From NCBI RefSeq assembly GCF_009914755.1, contig NC_060931.1: 64,000 nucleotides of DNA. One strand, written 5' to 3'. Made by a program: the position numbers and the translations under genes. Below the pieces are notes generated by a model. The model was not told the DNA's origin and made no database searches. It saw only the letters and a list, made by a program, of their open reading frames with translations. The DNA is from the human T2T-CHM13v2.0 reference genome, Homo sapiens. Positions 19,481-32,548 of the stretch are shown piece after piece (position 1 is the stretch's first letter; each line of letters begins with the position of its first letter).

Positions 19481-20284
19481 AAGGTCCAAAATACTTGCAA
19501 AGTCCTTCATTATCTTGCCCCATTTCTATCCACCTCATCTCCTGCATCTCCCTCCTGACACTCAACATTCCAGGCACGCTAGCCCAATTCACTGAGTAGT
19601 TTCATTTTCAAATATGAAATGGAGGAGAAAAGGTCAATTTAACTATCTTTTCAAAACATCTGCTACTTCAAGGCAAGGTCTTCCAAAACTTGCCTCCAAA
19701 TGGACTTTTAGGAGTATAAATCACAACTACCAAACCTGTTCAAACTGTTCTGCAGATACTGAGAAAGACTGTTGAACATCAGAAATATATTAATATCAGT
19801 TATCTGGTTATTATGAGTTCATGTCTGGCCTTCACAAAAGACCAATTGCTCATTTCAAAGCTGTAACTGTTTTTAATCAACAAGTGTTGAGCCCTGTTTA
19901 GCTAATTCAGAGTGGAGTCAACAGCAGATGGAAAAGCAGCTTGGCATCTGGCTTTGGCCCTGCTGCGCAATTGCCAAGAGAAGCCCGAGCATCCTGCATC
20001 ACCTGCCTCTTCTGTTGTCATATGAATGGTTCATTTTGTGGCTCCAGCAATGCTTGAAATTGGCTGTCTGGTATCACAGAATGCCTGACCCTGACCAGGG
20101 GGCAAATGTCAAACCATGCCAGAAAGTGTGGCTTGGTTACAAAATGACTAGCAAAATACATTTCTTAGGAGAAGGGCATTGTGGGGGTTTGATACCAACT
20201 ACTTATAAAATTATTCTATATTTAATTTTAAAGTTCACTTAGTTGATTGCTAGTCAGGCATTAGATACTAAGATTATAGAATTG

Positions 20285-20342
20285 TATTCCCTACTTCTAT
20301 CCTTTCTCCTATATTCCCTACTTCTATCCTTTCTCCTATATT
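20285..20342. repeat. Perfect 27-bp tandem duplication
   Basis: tattccctacttctatcctttctccta at 20285-20311 and 20312-20338, then tatt. Confidence 0.97.
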
Positions 20343-20409
20343 TTGTCACTAACATTCAAGTGTTTTGAGCATACAAAACACTCAAGCTAGTCTGACTTTG
20401 CTAAGAGTC

Positions 20410-20810
20410 TGTCCTAGGTCAAATTCCCTAGAAGCAGAGACTAATATGGGTATTCTTGGGCACATCGTCTATTGAGGAAGTGGTTTTAAGAAGCTGGAGG
20501 AAGCAGGCAGATTAGGGAAAGAGGGTGGATAATGAGGTTGCTTCAGAAGCCTGGCCTCAGATTGGTCCTCCAGGGAGCTTGGGACCATGAATTGAATCTC
20601 ACAGGTTGTACCAACCAGAGTGAAGGAGGCTGAGCTGCCACTCCTCCACAGTAGTCAGTCATTGGCTGTGGGCCTCCCAAGCACCTCCTGTCTGCCTAGA
20701 ACCAACCTCCAGAAAAGGTGCCCCTGTGAGCTTTCAGCAACCACAGAAGCTGGAGATGGGAGCACCAGCCTAGTAAAGAGGATCTCAGAAGACACCAAAG
20801 TGTCTTGGCA
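20410..20810 (-). mobile_element. LTR16-family (ERVL) solo LTR
   Basis: tgtcctaggtcaaattccctagaagcagagac...tattgagg...cagtcattggctgtggg matches recalled LTR16 reverse complement. Confidence 0.65.
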
Positions 20811-21312
20811 GCAGGAGACTTCACAGGCTTTTTATACATATCTCATTAACTTTTGCTATCCTAATTATTATGGCATTATCATAACCATTGTCATGCCTGT
20901 ATACAAATAAGACCTACTTTTGAGTTCTAAACTAGCCTGATCTATTCCAACCTCATTAAAATAGTGAGAAACTGAGAATTTGGAAACTATGTAATTCACT
21001 TTTATCCCAGCAAATTATAGATAGCTGATTATGATCTATAGGAAACTTACAATCAAGGGATATTTCATTTTTTTTCTAAACCATTTTATTTCCATTCCAC
21101 TATTGCTATTGCAAAGGACTACTTTCAGAAAACAAAAGGTAACCCATCCTTCAAGACTCACAATCTGTGATGACAAAATAGTGATTCATTTCATGTTAGA
21201 ATTTAGTAAAAATTAAATGAATGAATGAATCAACAGCTTAACCTGAGACCCTAAAATGTTGACTAGTAGAAAAATTGTCTTCAGACCTTCTCTTTCCCAA
21301 ACATACCAGAAG

Positions 21313-21522
21313 CAGGGGCAGCTTTACCATAGAGATAATAAAATTGGAATATCAGTGTCCTTTCTTCACTTATGTCCTGATCAAAGCCTGGGAGGGGCCC
21401 TAAAATGTTTTCACATATTTCTTTTTTAAATTTTGCAATAGCAACATACTTCAGACTCTTTTTCTTAAAGAGGACTCCGAAATCATTAATTGAATGCTCT
21501 ATAAAACTTAGATTCTGCCATG
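21313..21522. mobile_element. hAT-Tip100 MITE (Zaphod/MER115-like)
   Basis: Ends caggggcagctttacc / gattctgccatg; internal cctgggaggggcccta. Confidence 0.55.
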
Positions 21523-23874
21523 CTTATCCCATTACCAAAACCACATTTTTCTCACTAAATAGCCAAGGTGGGAGGTGATGAGTGGAACTGATTCTTTAGC
21601 ACCAGATGCCCACACATTTTAGGAACAAGGCAAAAGATTTAGAGCCTGCTCTCATCAGTTCATCATCTCTATGGCTAAAATCTTTATTTAGAAATGCTTA
21701 TCATGAGTATGCCTGCCACAGCTAACAGAAATAACATCCTGCAAGTCCTAGAATGTGCAGGCTTCATGGTTTCTTTTGGTTTTCTTGCCCTACTTGCCAC
21801 ATAACCTTAAATGACAGCAGGCAAGAGGCTCCCAAGCATTTATCTGAGAATACAAGATTGTCTCTATTAGTGTGTCTGCAGCACCTGAGTCTGCATAGGC
21901 CATTTAAATTTTAAAGGCCACAGCATTTCAGATCCAATCTTAAGGCTGCCAATTAAGGTATCATTTGTCTTTGCATAAAAATTATCTTGGGGTGTTTTTT
22001 TCTTTTATCCCAGGCTCTTATTTCCTGTAAATTTCCAGTAGGCAGTACGGACCACGACTGCTTAACCTGTTTGAAAACTATCCACTGCAGATTCATTTGC
22101 AAACGGACACTAAGTAAATACTTGGTGATAAGTGATGATTTGGAAAAGATTTTCATTAAAAGTGTTTGATGAGGATCAAATCTTTATGAAAACACTCTAC
22201 AGCCAGGGTGACTTTCCCAGAGCCATGACTGAACCACTTCAACAGTTACTGGATATGGATATCCCTACTATTCATACCAGCTCCACAAATTATACAATGC
22301 CTCTGAAATCTGAATCCATTAACAGAGTCAGAAAATATGTTTTAAAATATGAGAAGAGCTAAAAATGACTTCTCCTCTAATAAGGAAACAAATATATTAT
22401 TGGTCAAAGGAGATTTCCCACCAGTGCTTACACATCCTCAGCTTACACATTAAATTCTACTTTTGACTAGAAATATTCATTTTCAATAATATATATTTTC
22501 AATATTTTAGAACAAAGAAATACATGCCAAGGCTTAGAACAATGAAATGACTTGAAACAATTGTCTTTCTGGGTGAAGTAATGTTTGTTCTTGTAAAAAG
22601 TAATGCCAAGCACTTTCCTTTCTTCATCCTAATTTGAGTTAATAGGGCTGAAGCTCCCAAATAATTTTTTTTCTGGCCTGTCTCTGCTCCCTAAGGAAAG
22701 CTTGGATTTCATTTTGAGGTCATGATAGTGAAATTGGTATAATTTTATATATATAATTTTATAAAATCAAAGAAGGAAAAGCCTGCGTTCCTGTCCTCTT
22801 TTGTTCTTTTCTGTTTCTATGATGATCTGTGCCATTCTGCTTTTATATTTCAAATAGGCCCCTCCTGGCCTCATCTTTTCTGTTCTTCCCTCTCAGGATT
22901 CCTGGGGCCCTGATGACAGCTGTGTCTACTAGGCCCTATCATCAGTATTCCAATGCTCAAATTGAAGTCAGGGGAAAAAATAGGAGATCTAGTCACTAGT
23001 TGTTTGTTGTAGTAGTTTTCTCAAGTCTGATAATCAAAAATAGTAGTCATTGCCTATTATTTCAACATGATATAAAAACAGGAAATTGATGGAATTTTTT
23101 TTTTTTGGTCATGATGTCTCATTTCGACCTAAAGCATATGTAAATGAATTTTAGCAATCAGACTTTTTGTTTATAGTAATCATCTGTGCTAATGAACTAG
23201 CAAAGGCTGCCTCTTCTGCACCTTTGGTTCCTCAAGAACTGAGGCTTGGCTCATGTCAGATACATCCACGGCTCAGCACAGGTCAGTTTACAAGGCAAAC
23301 ACCAGCCTAGCACTATCATCCATACCATTTATTGTCACAGAATAGTATTGTTCAATTCATGCTCTATCTGTAAGTCCAGGGACTAAACAAATGTCAGCCT
23401 CTTTACCAGGACTCAAAACTCCAGACAATCATATATTGTATAGCAAATAGCACACAGCAGGTGAGCACTCACAGACACCATCGGGGAGACACAACTGTGA
23501 CAATGCAACAATCCCATAGTACTGTGAAGACCAAGTTGTATACCTCCCCAAAGCCCTCAAACCCTTGACTGATGACAGATCTGAAAAAGAAGAGCCTGAG
23601 AGAAGTCAAATGTTTGAGGATTTTGAGGTATACTGAATATCCTCTCTCCAAATGTCTGATTTTAAGCTAACAAAGCCAATAAAGTATTACAGAGAAGCTT
23701 AGAGAGAAATAGACCTGGTTATTTGTCAAATTTCTTTGCTGAGGAACCCAAAATACTGTCAGTGGTTCTATTACCTATAGAGGGCATTATTTACACTGCA
23801 ACTTTCCAGTTAAATGTGTAGAGATTTGAATGGTGTTTTTCATATGCAAAGAGTCATTGTCCAATAAGAATAGT

Positions 23875-23985
23875 AGTGATAATAACAGCTAACATGCACT
23901 GAGCACTTAGCTTGTGAAAGAGCCTGGCCTAAGGGCCAGGTACATTATTTCATTTGACCCTCATGACACTCCTATAAGGTAAGAG
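23875..23985 (-). mobile_element. MIR fragment
   Basis: aataacagctaacat..actgagcactta...tcatttgaccctcatgacactcctataaggta. Confidence 0.65.
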
Positions 23986-24014
23986 AAACAGTTTTGACCT
24001 TATAGTTCAAATAT

Positions 24015-24210
24015 TGAGTTTATATTCCCATTCTCCCTCTTAAATATAGTGTGACCTTTGTAACTCTGTGTGACCTTGTGCAAATCTCTTCACCTCTTAG
24101 CCTCATTTTCTCCATATTAAAATTAAGAATCCCATTACCTGCTTGCCATACCCCATTGACTTACTTTGAAGGTAAGAGACAATAAATGGGAAGCATTCTA
24201 TAAAGTAATA
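24015..24210 (+). mobile_element. MIR/MIR3 fragment
   Basis: tgtgtgaccttgtgcaaatctcttcacctct.agcctcattttctccatattaaaat. Confidence 0.65.
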
Positions 24211-27200
24211 AACTCACAAGAAAAATGACTTCACTATCTGTAGGATAAGGTGTTTATGTATCCACCCCTTAATCACTGGCCATGTTGAGAAGAAAAGTGT
24301 TTTACAAGCATCATTGTTTGCTTAAATATGGAAACTTTCCTGTTAGTATGAACCATAAACCTCTTTTAATATGATTCACCAAAATAAAGAGTGTAAAATC
24401 TAGATACTATATGTTAAGCTTTCCATGAAGTCTATAAAAGCTTTCACGAAAGCCAAGAAAGTTCTGTGAAAGCTGCAAGTGGTGAAATTATCAATTCCAT
24501 CTAGGTTTTATTTTAATAAATTCCTTTAAAGATGGCTTTTTATTATATCCCCAGGCTATTTAAAAAGTGTTTTAATAAACACTTCTCTTTTATAGCTGCC
24601 AATCTTTTTCATCATCTCCCTATGTCCCAAAGAAGTTATCAACATCAACTTGCCATATCTTAAAAGTCTTCATTAACCGAGGCTAACTATTTGAGAGTTG
24701 GGCCTCTCTTTTCCACTTCATGTCCTTAAACAATGATTCTGCAGAGAGTTGCTTTATGGTGTGGGGTTTTGTGGGCTGGGTTTTTTTCCTTCCATTTTGG
24801 GTCATGCCAGGGCTATTTCTGTGAAATTCAATTAGAACCTTATAATAGTTCTCTGTAAATTTTCCTACTTCAAAAACAAACGGCAGAATCTTGAAAGGAG
24901 CCTACAACTGCTGGAGAGAGTTTATTAACACTTTGTCAGAAAACATATTTTTTGTGTTAGGCAGATCAATCAAACAAACTTCAGCTGGCAATCCCTCAGC
25001 TCTCAGTGTTGAAGAATACAGACTTGTCTCCTCCAAAACTGTTTTTAAAACACCCCACTTCTTCATAGCCATAACACTATTGTATTTTCCCCTTTCACTT
25101 GGAAAGAAAAAGTCACTTTTCATTTGGCATAATAATTTTCTAGGGACCATCAAAAGTGAGAGAAAAAAATCAGCTTATTCTGGAGTAAGGAACCTAGGGA
25201 GAAAGAATATTCTGTAATTTTAGAAAGATTTAAACCTCATTTATCATAATCTTTAACAGAAAATAAAGGGAATTCCAGCTTAACAAATCAACCCAATTAT
25301 AAGCATATTAAAATATAAACACACAGGGAAGCAAACTCATCAAAATGAGGTAATATTAGCTTTTAAAATTTATTCCTGAAATCAACAATCTGCCATTGAA
25401 TTTTTTGTGATTGTGTATAAACTGTAAATAAGATACAATAATTTATTTCAAGAAATGCTGTAGTTTTTAAGCTACAACTCTAAATAAACTTGGTAACAAA
25501 ACCAGCAAGTAAAAGACAAAATAAACAGACACAAAACTTCTGCTTTACTGGTCTAGAAGGTATTTTATCGTTCCCAAATCCTAATAAGCTAATTCCTTCT
25601 GAAATCACTGCAACATTCAACTACAGGTACTCAGGAGTAAAACATTAAGATTGAATGATAGCATCCTCAGGGTAGACATAATAATCTGTACGGAGAAAAA
25701 AGAGATTGATAAGGAAATCTGACATAATGTAGGGACCATGAATTGAATACAGAGACAGTCAGATTAGTATTGACATTGGGGATGGCTACAGTGCCAGTAA
25801 GGAGACGTTTTAAACAATTATTTTTACAGAATTCAATGTATAATTTTAAATAGCAAGAGTTGACTATGTGATTGTTAGTATATGTACTTCTAATACTCAT
25901 TTTGTGGGCTTTGTTTCTGCTTTCTCTTCTTAAATTGCAAACTATTAAAAGGCAGAAATATAGCGTCGGTTTCTATTATAACTGACTTATTTTCAGTACC
26001 TGGTTCAGTACTCTTGTGATGTTCTATAAAGTGCATTCAGTTTGTGTGATGGAATAGCTGGCTTACAAGTATGCCAAAAATTTTATTAATATTTACACAG
26101 CAATAAAATCAGTAACAATCATGTCAACTTCTAATCACCATCTGTATGGCCTCTACATCAAAAAGGTATCACTTTTACTAAAGAGTATCATTCCTGACTG
26201 CCTCAGAGTCATGCAAATAATAAATGATCACACAAGGAATTTCTCTTTTATACTTTCTTACAATAAATATTTATGTGATGCTTTATAGTTTACAAAGTTC
26301 TGTTCTTGAATATTATCCTGCTTCATCTTGCTTAATCCCAAAATATTTTCTCAAGCTTCTGTTAATTTTTTTTGTACCTTCCTTGTTGTTATCTGTGCTC
26401 TACTTTAACCTTCAAGTGGAAAGGAATTTGCTAAAGGAAAAAAAAACTCACAAATGTCTACAATCACTGAATTACAATTTATACTTTAGCTCCATCAGTT
26501 AATTTGTAGATTGTCAAGCTAAGTTTAACTCTATGAACATGTATAACAGTCTTAGTAAATAATATTCAGTAAGAATTATCATCACAACTAAAAAATACAT
26601 CTAAATTATCAGAAAAAAAAAGAAGTGTGTAATGTCTTTGGTAACTCTTCTTTTTACTGGTTTTCATTCACAATTACCTTCTTGCTAATTGGATTATAAA
26701 AGAAACAGTAGGTTGACTCTGTTACATTTCTATCTTTGGCAAAAAGACCCTGATCTCATCACAAGAAAACTAATGTGCACCAAGGAAATTGGAAGCTTAG
26801 ATCACAGAGGATCATGGTGGATGGGAGGCAGGACTAGATTGCAGCTCCAACAGACAGAGAAGCATGTGGAGGCTCACACTGTAAATTTTTGCTCTAGAAC
26901 AACTGCAGGAATAAACCAGGAAACCCAAGAGGACCCACAGACCCAGAGACCCTCTGAAGGACTCCACTTTCAAACTGTGGAAGTGGAAAAGGGAGATCAT
27001 CTGTCCCCAAACACACAGCCCCACTGGGGAAACTGGTCTAGATTACAGGAGAAGATTCTGACCTTAGCAGGAGCTGAGTCAATTTAGACAGCCAAGCGAA
27101 ATACAGGAATAGAAGAAGCAGTGGGAAAAGCCCTGTGAGCTTGCTGGGTCTCCTAGCAAGCCATTCCTACCTGGCCTCACAGGGATCCTTCAGGAGGGCA

Positions 27201-29290
27201 GCCAGAGGCATTGGAAAAAGGACACAGGAAGAAGGAAATCTCCAGCTGAACTTTGTAACAATTTGAACTGATCGAGAAGTCTCCTAGCCAGAACTTGGGG
27301 GAGGGCATGAATCCCGTGTGCAAACTCCACAGGTTGGGGAAAAAGGAAAGCCATACTTTCTTTCACAGCTGGGAGGCGGGTAGCCTGGGGCAAGTTCTCA
27401 GCCTTGCTTGCCCACTGCCTGAAAACAGATTCAATGCTGTTGGCAGGGGGCGTTCCTGGTAGGAGTGAGACTGTCCCTTCAGATTGCATAGGAGATGGGT
27501 GAGGCCTGTGACTGCCAGCTTTCCCCGACTTCTCTGACAACATGCATGACACAGTAGAGACAGCCATCATCCTCCTGGGAACATAACTCCACTAACTTGG
27601 GAACCTCACCCCCATCCCCCACAGCAGCCTCAGCAAAACCTGCCCCAAGGAAAGTGTGAGCTCAGACACACCTAGCCCTGCCCTGACCCAGTGGTCCTTC
27701 CCTACCCTCCCTGATAACTGAAGAAAAAGAGCATATACTCTTGGGAGTTCTAGGGCCCCACCTACCACCTGTTCCTCCCCATGCTACCACAGCTGATGCT
27801 CTCAGGAAAGTGCCACCTCCTGGCAGGAGGCCAACCAGCACAAAAATAGTGCATTAAACAATCAAAGCTAAGAACACAAACAGAGTCCATTTCACTACCC
27901 TGCCACCTCCACTGGAACAGGTGCTGATATCCATGGCTGAGAGACCCATAGAAGGTTCATATCACAGGACTCTGTGCAGACAACCCCCAGTACTAGCCCA
28001 GAGCCTGGCAGACTTGCTGAGTGGCTAGACCCAGAAGAGAGATAACAATCATGGCAGCTCGGCTCTCAGGAAGCCACATCCATAGGAAAAGGGGGAGAGT
28101 ACTACATCAAGGAAACACCATGTGGGACAAAAGAATCTGAACAACAGCCTTCAGCCCAAGACCTTCCCTCTGACAGAGCCTACCCAAATGAGAAGGAACC
28201 AGAAAACCAGCTCTGGTAATATGACAAAACAAGGTTCTTTAAGACCCCCCAAAAATCACACTGGCTCACCAGCTATGGATCCAAACCAAGATGAAATACC
28301 TGATTTACCTGAAAAAGAATTCAGGAGGTTACTTATTAAGCTAATCAAGGAGGAACGAGAGAAAGGCAAATACCAACATAAGGAAATAAAAAAAAAGATA
28401 CAAGAAGTGAAGGGAGAAATAGTCAATAAAATAGATAGCATAAATATAAACAATCAAAACTTCAGGAAACAATGGACACACTTATAGAAACGCAAAATGC
28501 TCTGGAAAATCTCAGCAATAGAGTCAAACAAGTAAAAGAAAGAAATTCAGAGCTCAAAGACAAGGTCTTCAATTAACCCAATCCAACAAAGACAAAGAAA
28601 AAAAATCAGAAAATATTAACAAAGGCTCCAAGAAGTCTGGGATTATGTTAAACAACCAAACCTTAGAATAATTGGTGTTCCTGAGGAAGAAGACAAATCT
28701 AAAAGTTTGGAAAACATATTTGGGGGAAAAATTGAGGAAAACTTCCCCAGCCTTGCTAGAGACCTAGACATCCTAAAATAAGAAGCACAAAGAACCTCTG
28801 GGCAATTCATTGCATAAAGATCATTACCTAGGCACATTGCCTTCAGGTTATCTAAAGTTAAAATGAAGGAAAGAATCTTAAGAGCTGCGAGACAAAAGCA
28901 CCAGGTAACCTATAAAGAAAGCCTGTCAGATTAACAGCAGAATTCTCAGCAGAAACCCTACAAGCTAGAAGTGATTGGGGCCCTATCTTCAGCCTCCTCA
29001 AACAAAACAATTATCAGCCAAGAATTTTGTTTCCAGTGAAACTAAACTTCATGTATGAAGGAAAGATACAGTCTTTTTCAGACAAAAATTGCTGACAGAA
29101 TTTGCCACTACCAAGCCACCACTACAAGAACTGCTAAAAGGAGCCCTAAATCTTGAAACAAATCCTGGAAACACATCAAAAGAGAACCTCTTTAAAGCAT
29201 AAATCTTACAGGACCTATAAAACAAAAATACAATTTAAAAAACAAACAAAAAAAACAAGGTATACCAACAACAAATAACACAATGAGTAC

Positions 29291-30088
29291 ATGATACCTC
29301 ACATCTCAATACTAACATTGAATGTAAACAGCCTAAATGCTCCACTTAAAAAATACAGAATTGCAGAATGGATAAGAATTCACCAACCAACTATCTGCTG
29401 CCTTCGAGAAACTTACCTAACACATAAGGACTCATATAAACTTAAGGTAAATGGTTGGAAATTTCATGAAAATGGACACCAAAAGCAAGCAGGAGTAGCT
29501 ATTATTTTATCAGACAAAACAAACTTTAAAGCAACAACAGTTAAAAAAGACAAAGAGGGACATTATATAATAATAAAAGGCCTTCTCCAACAGGAAAATA
29601 TTGCAATCCTAAAGATATGTGCACCTAACACTGGAGCCCCCAAATTTATAAAACAATTACTAATATGCCTAAGAAATGAGACAGACAGCAACACAATAAT
29701 ACTAGGGGACTTCAATACTCCACTGATAGCTCTAGACAGGTCATCAAGGCAGAAAGTCAACATAGAAACAATGGATTTAAACTATACCCTGGAACAAATG
29801 GACTTAATAGACATATACAGAACATTCCATCCAACAACCACAGAATATACATCCTATTCAACAGCACATGAAACTTTCTCCAAAATAGACCATATGATAA
29901 GCCACAAAATGAGCCTCTATAAATTAAAGAAAATTGAAATTTTACCAAGCACTCTCTCAGACCACAGTGGAGTAAAACTGGAAATCAACTCCAAAAGGAA
30001 CCTTCAAAACCCTGCAAATACATGGAAATTAAATAACCTGCTCCTGAATGATCATTGGATCAAAAATGAAATCAAGATAGAAATTTAA
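29291..30088 (+). pseudogene. L1PB1 ORF2 N-terminal APE endonuclease domain, 265-codon open remnant
   Basis: ILTLNVN, CLRET, GDFNTPL, KIDH and LSDH motifs of L1 EN; ORF2 is broken downstream. Confidence 0.85.
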
Positions 30089-32481
30089 AAATTCTTCAAA
30101 CTGAACAAAAATAATGACATAACCTATAAAAACCTCTGGGATACAGCAAAGGCAGTGCTAAGAGGAAAGTTCATAGCCCTAAACACCGACATCAAAAAGT
30201 CTGAAAGAATACAAATAGACAATCTAAAGTCACACCCCAAGAAACGAGAAAGAAGAACAAACCAAACCCAAACCTGCCACATGCAAGGAAATAACCAAGG
30301 TCAGAGCAGAACTAAATGAAATTGAAGCAAACAAACAAAAAAGATAAATGAAACAAAAAGCTGGTTCTTTGAAAAGATAAATAAAATTGATAGATCATTA
30401 GCAAGATTAACCAAGAAAAGCAGAGAGAAAATCCAAATAAGCTCAATAAGAAACAAAACAGGAGATATTACAACTGACACCACTGAAATACAAAAGATAA
30501 TTCAAGGCTACTATGAACACCTTTAAATACATAAACTAGACAATCTAGAGGAGATGGATAAATTCCTAGAAAGATACAATCCTCCCAGCTTAAATCAGGA
30601 AGAATTAGATACCCTTAACAGACCGATAACAAGCAGTGAGATTGAAATGATAATTTAAAAATTACCAACAAAAGAAAGTCCAGGACCAGATGGATTTACA
30701 GCAGAATTCTACCAGACATTCAAAGAAGAATTGGTACCAATCCTATTGACACTATTCTACAAGATACAGAAAGAGGGAACCTTCCCTAAATAATTCTATG
30801 AAGCCAGTATCACCCTAATACCAAAACCAGGGAAGGACATAACAAAAAGGAAAACTACAGACCAATATCCTTGATAAAAATAGATGCTAAAATCCTTAAC
30901 AAAACATTAGCTAACCAAATCCAACAGATAATCCACCATGATCAAGTGGGTTTCATACCAGGTAGGCAAGGATGTTTAACATATGCAAGTCAATAAATGT
31001 GACACACTACATAAACAGAACTAAAAACAACAATCACATGATCATCTCAATAGATGCAGAAAAGCATTCAACAAAATCCAGCATCACTTTATGATTAAAA
31101 CTCTCAGCAACATTGGCATACAAGGGACATAATTCAGTGTAATAAAAGCCATCTATGACAAACCAACAGCCAACATAATATTGAATGGGGAAAAATTGAA
31201 ATCATTCCCTCTGAGAACTGGAAAAAGACAAGGATGTCCACTCCCACCACTCCTCTTCAACATAGCACTGGAAGTCCTAGTCACAGCAATCAGACAAGAG
31301 AAAGAAACAAAAAGTCATCCAAATCAATAAAGAGGAAGTCAAACTGTTGCTGTTAGTTGATGATATGATTGTTTACCTAGAAAACCCTAAAGTCTCTTCC
31401 AGAAAGCTCCTATAACTGATAAAAGAATTCAGCAAAGTTTCTGGATACAAGATTAATGTACACAAATCAGTAGCTCTTCTATACAATAACAGCAACCAAG
31501 CTGAGAATCAAATCAAGACCTCAACCCCTTTTACAATAGCTGCAAAAAAATAAAATACTTAGGAATATACCTAACAAAGCAGGTAAAAGACCTCTACAAG
31601 CAAAACTACAAAACACTGCTGAAAGAAATTATAGACAACACAAACAAATGGAAACACATCCCATCTTCATGGATGGGTAGAATCAATATTGTGAAAATGA
31701 CCATACTGCCAAAAGCAATCTACAAATTCAATGCAATCCCCATCAAAATATTATCATCATTCTTCACAGAATTAGAAAAAACAATTCTAAAATTCATATG
31801 GAACCAAAAAAGAGCCTGCATAGCCAAAGCTAAACTAAGCAAAAAGAACAAATATGGAGGTATCACATTACCTGATTTCAAACTATACTATAAGGCCATA
31901 GTCACCAAAACAGCATGGTACTTGTAAAAAAAAATAGGCACACAGACCAATGGAACAGAATAGAGAACCCAGAAAGAAACCCAAATACTTACAGCTAACT
32001 CATTTTCGACAAAGCAAACAAAAACGTAAAGTGTAGAAAGGACACTCTTTTCAACAACTGGTGCTGGGATAATTGGCTAGCCACATGTAGGAGAATGAAA
32101 ATGGATCCTCATCTCTCACCTTATACAAAAATCAACTCAAGATTGATTAAGGACTTAAATCTAAGACCTGAAACTATAAAAATTCTAGAAAATAACATCA
32201 GAAAAACCCTTCCAGACACTGGCTTAGGCAAGGATTTCATGACCAAGAACCCAAAAGGAAATGCAATAAATACAGAGATAAATAGATGGAACTTAATTTA
32301 ACTAAAGAGCTTTTGCATGCCAAAAGGAACAGTTAGCAGAGTAAACAGACAACCCACAGAGTGGGAGAAAATCTTCACAATCTATACATATGACAAAGGA
32401 CTAATATCCAGAATCTACAACGAACTCAAACAAATCAGCAAGAAACAAACAAACAATCCCATCAAAAAGTGGGCTAAGGAC

Positions 32482-32548
32482 GAGATCATGCCACTGCATT
32501 CCAGCCTGGGTGACAGAACGAGATTCCATCTCAAAAAAAAAAAAAAAA
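32482..32548 (+). mobile_element. Severely 5'-truncated Alu (about 50 nt plus poly-A) inserted in L1PB1 ORF2
   Basis: gagatcatgccactgcattccagcctgggtgacagaacgagattccatctc(A)n; perfect 18-bp TSD aaaaagtgggctaaggac at 32464-32481 and 32549-32566. Confidence 0.93.

Noticed and set aside
22132-22362. 76-aa ORF with protein-like composition
   Set aside because: No recognisable homology or splice signals; length expected by chance
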